Source: Candidatus Omnitrophota bacterium (GTDB taxonomy: Bacteria > Omnitrophota > Gorgyraeia > Duberdicusellales > 4484-171). From it: a stretch of DNA of 18,338 nucleotides. Below the pieces are notes generated by a model. That model did no database searches and had not been told where the DNA came from. It saw nothing but the letters and a program-made list of their open reading frames with translations. Positions within the stretch are counted from its first letter, which is position 1; each line of letters starts with the position of its first letter. The stretch is from positions 1 through 18,338 of the forward strand of contig JAIPHU010000016.1 in the NCBI GenBank assembly GCA_021735045.1. Reading direction: 5' to 3'. This document shows positions 7,770 to 13,646 of the stretch, piece after piece. The translations under genes were made by a program, and so were the position numbers.

Positions 7770-8106
7770 TTATTTTTTTGTATTATTGATAATAGCACTT
7801 AATATTAAAAGTATTTCTTTAGCTTCATCTATTAAATGAATTAGTTCATCTTTATCTGTTTTGTTAGTAATTGAACTAACCCGTTCTATTAACTTTAGCC
7901 AATGCCTAGACTCTCTGCTTTCTCTTCTAGCTATACCAAGCTTGTTTATAAAATCTTTCTATGTTAGCTCCTATTGACCCGCTAGCTCTAATCAGTTGTC
8001 GAGAATATTCTTTAGTTGACTGATTTTTTGGTAACCTTTCTATAAGTTTTGCCACTCTTACCGCAAATTCAAAAGCCCGATCATAGATATCATACTTTTT
8101 GTCCAT
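7770..8106 (-). pseudogene. Frameshifted four-helix-bundle protein gene (23S rRNA intervening-sequence protein / Avd-like family)
   Basis: Hand translation. The ATG at 8106 gives MDKKYDIYDRAFEFAVRVAKLIERLPKNQSTKEYSRQLIRASGSIGANIE, then runs to a TAG at 7929-7927. In the +1 frame, from 7958, it reads KDFINKLGIARRESRESRHWLKLIERVSSITNKTDKDELIHLIDEAKEILLILSAIINNTKK, ending at the TAA at 7772-7770. Both halves match the family pattern (...Q..RA..SI.ANI.EG....sk.DF...L.iA.gS..Et..wl...). Each half is below the ORF-track length cutoff. Confidence 0.75.
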
Positions 8107-8141
8107 TTATTTACTAATTGAATTTTACCACTTATTTAAAA

Positions 8142-8194
8142 TTTGTCATTTGGTATTTGTCATTAATTTAACATTTGGATTTTGTAATTTGTCA
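8142..8194. repeat. Heptad-periodic arm, right arm of element B (inverted copy of 7707-7759)
   Basis: tttgtca tttggta tttgtca + ttaa + tttaaca tttggat tttgtaa tttgtca. The reverse complement has the same architecture as the left arm (4 heptads + TTAA + 3 heptads) and 39/53 identity. A further heptad, tttcaca, overlaps the ribBA stop codon. Confidence 0.8.
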
Positions 8195-8196
8195 TT

Positions 8197-9384
8197 TCAC
8201 AAGATATGGTCTAATTTATCTTTTTTTGTACTCAGATAATGACTATTAAATTTAGCTGATTTAATTTTAACAGGCACCCTTTCGGTTATTTCTAGGCCAT
8301 AGCCTTGAAGACCAACGATCTTACGAGGATTATTAGTTAAAAGTTTTATTTTCTTAATACCCAAATCTTCTAAAATTTGAGCTCCGATCCCATAGTCACG
8401 AAGATCTGGATCAAAACCTAAATCAGTATTGGCTTCAACTGTATCTTTACCTTGTTCTTGCAACTTATAAGCTTTAATCTTATTAGCCAAGCCAATTCCC
8501 CTGCCTTCTTGACGCATATATAAAAGTGCACCACCTGATTTAGCAATCATCTTTAGCGATTGATGAAGTTGATTCCCGCAATCACAACGTAGCGAAGCTA
8601 AAACATCTCCAGTTAAACACTCTGAATGTACTCTTACCAAAACCGGTTTATCTTTTTTTAAATTTTTAGTCAAAGCAAGATGCTGGCCTTTATCTATATT
8701 TGACTCGTACAAACTTAAAGAAAACTCGCCATAAGAAGTGGGAAGTTTTACTTTTTCGATAAAACTAACTAACTTTTCCTTACGCCTGCGATATTCAATC
8801 AATGAAGCAATAGTACAAATTTTTAAATTATGAATTTTGGCAAATTTAACTAAATCAGGAAATCTTGCCATCGAACCATCTTCTTTTATCACCTCACAAA
8901 TTACACCGGCCGGCTTACAGCCTGCTAATTTTGCTAGATCAACAGCAGCTTCAGTATGGCCGGCCCTGACTAAAACCCCACCTTCTTTGGCCTCCAAAGG
9001 AAAAAGATGCCCCGGCTTAGTAAGAGAACTAGGCTCGCTTTTTTGATCAATTAAAACTTTGATCGTCCTGGCGCGGTCATAAGCAGAAATTCCAGTAGTA
9101 ACTCCTTTTTTTGCATCAACTGAAATCCGCCAAGCAGTTTGGAACTTATCAGAGGAATATTTATTTGACATCGGATCAAGCTGTAACTTAGTTATAACTT
9201 CTTTTGTCAAAGGCACACAAACTAAACCACGTGCTTCTTTGATCATAAAGTTAATAAGTTCAGGCCCAGCAAATTGGGCGGCAACTACAATATCCCCTTC
9301 GTTTTCTCGGGACTCATCATCGACTACAATTACCGGCCTACCTGTTTTTATATCTTGAATAATCTCTTCAATAGTATTGGTCAT
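8197..9384 (-). CDS. ribBA: Bifunctional 3,4-dihydroxy-2-butanone-4-phosphate synthase / GTP cyclohydrolase II
   Basis: 395 aa. The DHBP synthase half carries [10 protein letters not shown] and RAGHTEA. The GCH-II half carries [18 protein letters not shown] and EGRGIGL. Confidence 0.95.
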   Translation of the reverse strand: MTNTIEEIIQDIKTGRPVIVVDDESRENEGDIVVAAQFAGPELINFMIKEARGLVCVPLTKEVITKLQLDPMSNKYSSDKFQTAWRISVDAKKGVTTGISAYDRARTIKVLIDQKSEPSSLTKPGHLFPLEAKEGGVLVRAGHTEAAVDLAKLAGCKPAGVICEVIKEDGSMARFPDLVKFAKIHNLKICTIASLIEYRRRKEKLVSFIEKVKLPTSYGEFSLSLYESNIDKGQHLALTKNLKKDKPVLVRVHSECLTGDVLASLRCDCGNQLHQSLKMIAKSGGALLYMRQEGRGIGLANKIKAYKLQEQGKDTVEANTDLGFDPDLRDYGIGAQILEDLGIKKIKLLTNNPRKIVGLQGYGLEITERVPVKIKSAKFNSHYLSTKKDKLDHIL

Positions 9385-9405
9385 AATCTCATACCCCTAT
9401 CAACA

Positions 9406-9475
9406 CCTAGATTGCAGATAGCAGATAAAATTATCTGCCTGGCTACTATCTCCAATCTCCAACCTGTCATCTATT
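9406..9475. repeat. Heptad-periodic inverted-arm element C (rpsI-ribBA spacer)
   Basis: Left arm: cctagat tgcagat agcagat (9406-9426). Loop: aaaatt. Right arm: atctgcc (tggctact) atctcca atctcca acctgtc atctatt (9433-9475). Inner 7-bp stem: 9421-9427 with 9432-9438. Outer stem: 11 of 12 positions, 9409-9420 with 9447-9458, across an 8-nt bulge. Confidence 0.7.
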
Positions 9476-9478
9476 AAA

Positions 9479-9889
9479 TTATCGTTTTGTCCACTGAAAT
9501 CTTTTGCGGGCACCTTTGCGGCCATATTTCTTGCGTTCTTTTGCACGAGGATCACGGGTAAGAAAGTTCTGCTCTTTGAGAATAGTTTTTAACTCAGGCC
9601 GCCAGCTAATTAAACAGCGGGCTATCCCTAAAGAAATTGAGCCAGCCTGCCCACTCAGGCCACCCCCACTTACTTTTGCTTGAATATCTATGCTTTTATC
9701 TAACTCAGTTGTAATTAAGGGTCTTTTCGCCTGATTCCTACTATCAACAGTAGTGAAATAACTGTCTATATCTTTACCATTTACTTTTATAATACCAGAG
9801 CCTTCAGGTAACAATTTTACCCTTGCCACTGACTCTTTGCGCCTTCCGGTAGCACTATATATTTTCTTTTCTTCTTTCTCTACTTTCAT
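9479..9889 (-). CDS. rpsI: 30S ribosomal protein S9
   Basis: 136 aa. GRRKESVARV near the N-terminus, GGGLSGQAGSI, and the basic C-terminus RKKYGRKGARKRFQWTKR. Confidence 0.96.
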   Translation of the reverse strand: MKVEKEEKKIYSATGRRKESVARVKLLPEGSGIIKVNGKDIDSYFTTVDSRNQAKRPLITTELDKSIDIQAKVSGGGLSGQAGSISLGIARCLISWRPELKTILKEQNFLTRDPRAKERKKYGRKGARKRFQWTKR

Positions 9890-9900
9890 AATTTCAAAAA

Positions 9901-10332
9901 TTATTCCACAGGGTGGATTTGTTTTGGTTTTTGAGCAACTTGTTTATGCTCTGCGTCAGGATATATTTTTAAAGACCTAAGCATCTCTTTTCTTAATAAA
10001 TTTTTAGGAAGCATTCCTCCCACCGCATAAAATAAAGCTTTGGTAGAACTTTTTTCAGATAATTCCTCTAATCTGATCTCTTTTCTACCCCCGGGATAAC
10101 CTGAATATTTATCATACTTTTTGTCTTTTATTTTTTTTCCAGTTACTTTTATTTTTTTAGCATTTATAACAACAACTTTGTCTCCACAAATAGAATTAGG
10201 AGTATAGTTAGCCTTATGTTTGCCTTGTAAGATTTGAGCTATACGAGTAGCTAGACGGCCTAAAATTTTTCCTTCGGCGTCTATTAAAACCCAATCTTTC
10301 TCATCTTTTCTATAAAATTTAGTCTTCCGCAT
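9901..10332 (-). CDS. rplM: 50S ribosomal protein L13
   Basis: 143 aa. WVLIDAEGKILGRLATRIAQILQGKHK and YSGYPGG are typical L13. Conserved rplM-rpsI pair. Confidence 0.96.
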   Translation of the reverse strand: MRKTKFYRKDEKDWVLIDAEGKILGRLATRIAQILQGKHKANYTPNSICGDKVVVINAKKIKVTGKKIKDKKYDKYSGYPGGRKEIRLEELSEKSSTKALFYAVGGMLPKNLLRKEMLRSLKIYPDAEHKQVAQKPKQIHPVE

Positions 10333-10340
10333 AGACAGTT

Positions 10341-10368
10341 TTTATACCATATTTTCCTTTCTTGTCAA
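10341..10368 (-). promoter_or_regulatory. Sigma70-type promoter for rplM-rpsI (-35 TTGACA, 16-nt spacer, -10 TATAAA)
   Basis: On the minus strand: TTGACA (10368-10363), then agaaaggaaaatatgg, then TATAAA (10346-10341). Only 8 nt (aactgtct) separate the -10 from the rplM ATG at 10332, and they contain no SD. The promoter sits in the 53-nt hisA-rplM spacer. Confidence 0.45.
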
Positions 10369-10385
10369 CAATTAATAATAACCAT

Positions 10386-11093
10386 TTAAATAGCCAAAGC
10401 ATCTAAAAGATTAAACTTTTGTTCATACAGAGCTTTTCCTATAACTATCCCTGCTGCTTGGGCAACAGTTTCTTTTACATTTTTGACATCCTCAAGTGAA
10501 GAAACTCCCCCGGAAAAAATCAAATTAAATTGATAATCTTTCGAAATTTGTTTTATCCTCTCTAAATTAAATCCTTCTAAAGTCCCATCTCTTGAAACGT
10601 CAGTATAAATAACCCATTTTATGCCTTGTTCTTTTAAATATTTTAAATATTGTGCTATTGATAAATCGACACTTTCTTGCCAACCTTTAATTGCTAACTT
10701 GCCCTTTTTTTCATCTACAGCAACCGCTATTTTATCTCCACCAATCTCCAAAGCTTTTTTTAAAAAATTAGATTCAGTAGCTTTAGTACCAAGAATTAAT
10801 CTTTGTACACCTATAGAGATAAGTTCCTCAATTTTTTCTAAACTTCTTATCCCTCCGCCAACCTCAACAGAAATATCTACATTTTTAATAATTCCTTCGA
10901 TGATCTCTGTATTATCCCCTTTAGAAAAAGCAGCTGATAAATCTATTAGATGGAGCCACTTGGCCCCTTGATCTTTCCATTTCTTTGCTACAGAAATTGG
11001 ATCGTTGCTATAGACCTTACAGTTGGTTTCGTCGCCTTTGGTCAATCTAACCACTTTTTTCTGATATAAATCGATTGCTGGTATTATTAGCAT
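10386..11093 (-). CDS. hisA: 1-(5-phosphoribosyl)-5-[(5-phosphoribosylamino)methylideneamino]imidazole-4-carboxamide isomerase
   Basis: 235 aa. MLIIPAIDL (catalytic Asp), VGGGIRS, AVDEKKGKLAIKGWQE, and GGVSSLEDV phosphate-binding loops. Confidence 0.9.
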   Translation of the reverse strand: MLIIPAIDLYQKKVVRLTKGDETNCKVYSNDPISVAKKWKDQGAKWLHLIDLSAAFSKGDNTEIIEGIIKNVDISVEVGGGIRSLEKIEELISIGVQRLILGTKATESNFLKKALEIGGDKIAVAVDEKKGKLAIKGWQESVDLSIAQYLKYLKEQGIKWVIYTDVSRDGTLEGFNLERIKQISKDYQFNLIFSGGVSSLEDVKNVKETVAQAAGIVIGKALYEQKFNLLDALAI

Positions 11094-11105
11094 AATTTTA
11101 TAGTC

Positions 11106-11753
11106 CTAAGCCAATGCCCTATATCCAAAGTCATAAGTTAAAAAGTTATCTAAAACTTTTAAACCTTTGGTTTGACTTTTTTCTGGATGAAACTGGATTC
11201 CCCAAATATTTTTCTTCCCTACAACAGAAACAAACTCTTTGCCGTAATCAGTAGTTGCTAGAGTGACCTGCTCATAAGGTTGACAAAAATAAGAGTGAGC
11301 AAAATAAAAATAACTCTGATCTTCGATCCCCTCAAACAACCCCCTACCACTTGAACCTTTATCCTTTATCCTTGAACCTTTCTTAATCTGATTCCAACCC
11401 ATATGAGGAATAATCAAATCTTTATCTCTAAATTTTACAACCTCTCCTTTTATAACTCCCAATCCAGCTATCCCTTTAGCTTCGCTACTTTTTTCAAATA
11501 ACAACTGCATCCCCAAACAAATTCCTAAAAAGGGTACCCCTTGATTAACTCTTTCCTTTAAAATTTCAATAAGGCCTCTTTTTTTTAATTCAGCTACTGC
11601 TTTCCCAAAATGACCTACTCCGGGAAAAATAATCTTTCGAGCAACTGATAAGTCTTTGGGTGAGCTGGTAATAATTACTTTTTTGCCTAAAAAAGAAACA
11701 GCATTTTTCACACTCTCCAAATTACCCATTCCATAGTCAACTATTACATTCAT
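11106..11753 (-). CDS. hisH: Imidazole glycerol phosphate synthase, glutamine amidotransferase subunit
   Basis: 215 aa. Class-I GATase triad context GICLGMQLL (Cys) and GIQFHPEKS (His/Glu). PGVGHFG motif. Confidence 0.92.
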   Translation of the reverse strand: MNVIVDYGMGNLESVKNAVSFLGKKVIITSSPKDLSVARKIIFPGVGHFGKAVAELKKRGLIEILKERVNQGVPFLGICLGMQLLFEKSSEAKGIAGLGVIKGEVVKFRDKDLIIPHMGWNQIKKGSRIKDKGSSGRGLFEGIEDQSYFYFAHSYFCQPYEQVTLATTDYGKEFVSVVGKKNIWGIQFHPEKSQTKGLKVLDNFLTYDFGYRALA

Positions 11754-11773
11754 AATATCTATAAGGATAAAGG

Positions 11774-12403
11774 TTAATCTATTATCCCTTTGGTTGAAGG
11801 AACCCCGCGGCGGCGAGGGTCAATCTGGCTAGCTTGATCTATGGCCTTACCTAAAGCTTTAAATAAAGCTTCCAGGAGATGATGCAGGTCACCTTCACCA
11901 GATTTAATTATATATACTACACTTAAACCTGAATGTTGGATAAAAGCCTCTAAAAACTCTTCTGCATCTTTAAAACTAAAAGTTGTATCATCAAACCTAT
12001 CTTCTGCTAAAGTAGTATCAACTATCGCTTTATTATTATCAGTTATCTTTTTTGCCAAAGAAGGCCTTCCGCTTATATCAATATTAGCCTCAACCACAAC
12101 CTTATCCATTGTAACAGAAAAAGTACCGTATCTTCTTATACCTTGTTTATCTCCTAAAGATTCTTTTAAAGCTTTTCCTAAAGCAATACCAATATCTTCT
12201 ATTATATGGTGTTGGAGATCTCCTTTGGCTTTAAGATCTAAATCAAAAAGACCGTGAAAAATAAACAGAGTAAGCAGGTGATTAAGAGGCTCAAAACCTG
12301 TATCGATTTTTGTTTTACCTGAGCCATCAAGATTAAATTGGCCTAAGATATCTACTTCATTAGTTTTTCTTTGTAGTTGAGCTTGTCTTTTTTTATTAAA
12401 CAT
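11774..12403 (-). CDS. hisB: Imidazoleglycerol-phosphate dehydratase (monofunctional, divergent)
   Basis: 209 aa. LDGSGKTKIDTG, GDLQHHIIEDIGIALG, IDISGRP, DLHHLLEALFKALG and VPSTKG match IGPD. Several conserved positions look altered (see findings). Strong SD (AAGGAG). Confidence 0.8.
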   Translation of the reverse strand: MFNKKRQAQLQRKTNEVDILGQFNLDGSGKTKIDTGFEPLNHLLTLFIFHGLFDLDLKAKGDLQHHIIEDIGIALGKALKESLGDKQGIRRYGTFSVTMDKVVVEANIDISGRPSLAKKITDNNKAIVDTTLAEDRFDDTTFSFKDAEEFLEAFIQHSGLSVVYIIKSGEGDLHHLLEALFKALGKAIDQASQIDPRRRGVPSTKGIID

Positions 12404-12404
12404 T

Positions 12405-13646
12405 TTAGTTTACTCCTTTATTTAAATCTGATTCTATTCTTTTTCTTACGCTTTCGATATGCTTTTTCATCCCTTCGAGACCAGCTATTTTTTCTAAAGT
12501 CTCAAACTCATCAATAACAGCTTTTTTAGTATAACGAATAATATGATTTTCCTTTAGAAAATCTTTAACCGAAAGAGTAGAAAAAAAACGGCTGCTTCCT
12601 CCAGTAGGAAGAACGTGGGAAGGTCCCGCTACATAATCTCCTAAAGCAACCGGACTATAATCTCCTAAAAATATTGCTCCGGCATTTTTAATTTTTGAAA
12701 CTAGGGCATGCGGCTTTTTAGTAAGAATCGCTAGATGCTCAGGTGCAATTTCATTTACCACTTTAGCTGCCTTATCTAGATTCCTTACCCGCAAAGCATA
12801 CCCGGTGACCTTACTTTTGCGCAAATTCCGAATAATTCGTTTTGAATTTGTAACTACGATACCTAGCCCCTTATGGTGCTCGATCTGAGCTTCCAGGTCA
12901 GCAATAATATAGTCTATATTGGAGTTGCTTGAAGCAACCACCACAACTTCTGAAGGCCCAGCTAACATATCGATATCTACTTGGCCAAAAACTTGTCTTT
13001 TTGCTTCAGTCACATATTCATTGCCTGGCCCAACAATCTTATCTACTTTTTCAACTGTTTCTGTGCCATAAGCCAAAGCTGCAATAGCTTGCGCTCCTCC
13101 AATTCGATATATTTTTTTAATTTTCAAAAGAGATGCAATAGCTAAAATGAAAGGGTTAATTCTACCTTCTTTGTTAGGAGGCGAAACCAAAACTACCTCA
13201 TCAACTCCAGCAACCAAAGCTGGAATTACAGACATATATACTGAAGAAACCAAGGGAGCGGTTCCGGCTGGAACATAAACTCCAACCCTAGATAAAGGGA
13301 TATAACGGCTTATAAGCTTTTTACCGTTTGGGTCTTTTACCCTTTTTGTTTTGGGAATCTGATTTTTATAGAATTTACTAATATTTTCAATAGCTACCTT
13401 AAAACTCGCTATAATCGCCGAATTCAAGTCCCCAAAGGCTGCGCTTATCTCTGATTCGCTCACTTGAACACCCTTGGCAGGAATTTTTACTTTATCAAAC
13501 TTTTTAGTGTAATCCACTAAAGCTTTATCTCCGGCCTCTTTTACTTTCTTGATAATTTTAGAAACTTTAAGGCCAACACTATCTCTGCGGACTCTTCTCT
13601 TTTCGACTATTTTTTTAAGACTATCAATATTTCTAACTACTCTCAT
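12405..13646 (-). CDS. hisD: Histidinol dehydrogenase
   Basis: 413 aa. [35 protein letters not shown] and a C-terminal GLEGMKKH. The start overlaps the alaS end by 14 nt. Confidence 0.93.
   Translation of the reverse strand: MRVVRNIDSLKKIVEKRRVRRDSVGLKVSKIIKKVKEAGDKALVDYTKKFDKVKIPAKGVQVSESEISAAFGDLNSAIIASFKVAIENISKFYKNQIPKTKRVKDPNGKKLISRYIPLSRVGVYVPAGTAPLVSSVYMSVIPALVAGVDEVVLVSPPNKEGRINPFILAIASLLKIKKIYRIGGAQAIAALAYGTETVEKVDKIVGPGNEYVTEAKRQVFGQVDIDMLAGPSEVVVVASSNSNIDYIIADLEAQIEHHKGLGIVVTNSKRIIRNLRKSKVTGYALRVRNLDKAAKVVNEIAPEHLAILTKKPHALVSKIKNAGAIFLGDYSPVALGDYVAGPSHVLPTGGSSRFFSTLSVKDFLKENHIIRYTKKAVIDEFETLEKIAGLEGMKKHIESVRKRIESDLNKGVN

Noticed and set aside
7770-8106. A diversity-generating retroelement, since Avd accessory proteins belong to the same four-helix-bundle family.
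   Set aside because: There is no reverse transcriptase gene, no template/variable repeat pair and no target gene in the window, and the ORF itself is frameshifted.
7707-8194. A genuine 23S rRNA intervening sequence.
   Set aside because: No rRNA sequence flanks it. It is bounded directly by the ribBA stop and the ribH upstream region. Only the architecture is IVS-like.
9385-9478. An FMN riboswitch upstream of ribBA, or in the spacers before ribH and ribD.
   Set aside because: The spacer is only 94 nt and is occupied by heptad repeats. I could not find the conserved FMN-aptamer core segments here or in 7672-7769, and ribD has only a 7-nt spacer.
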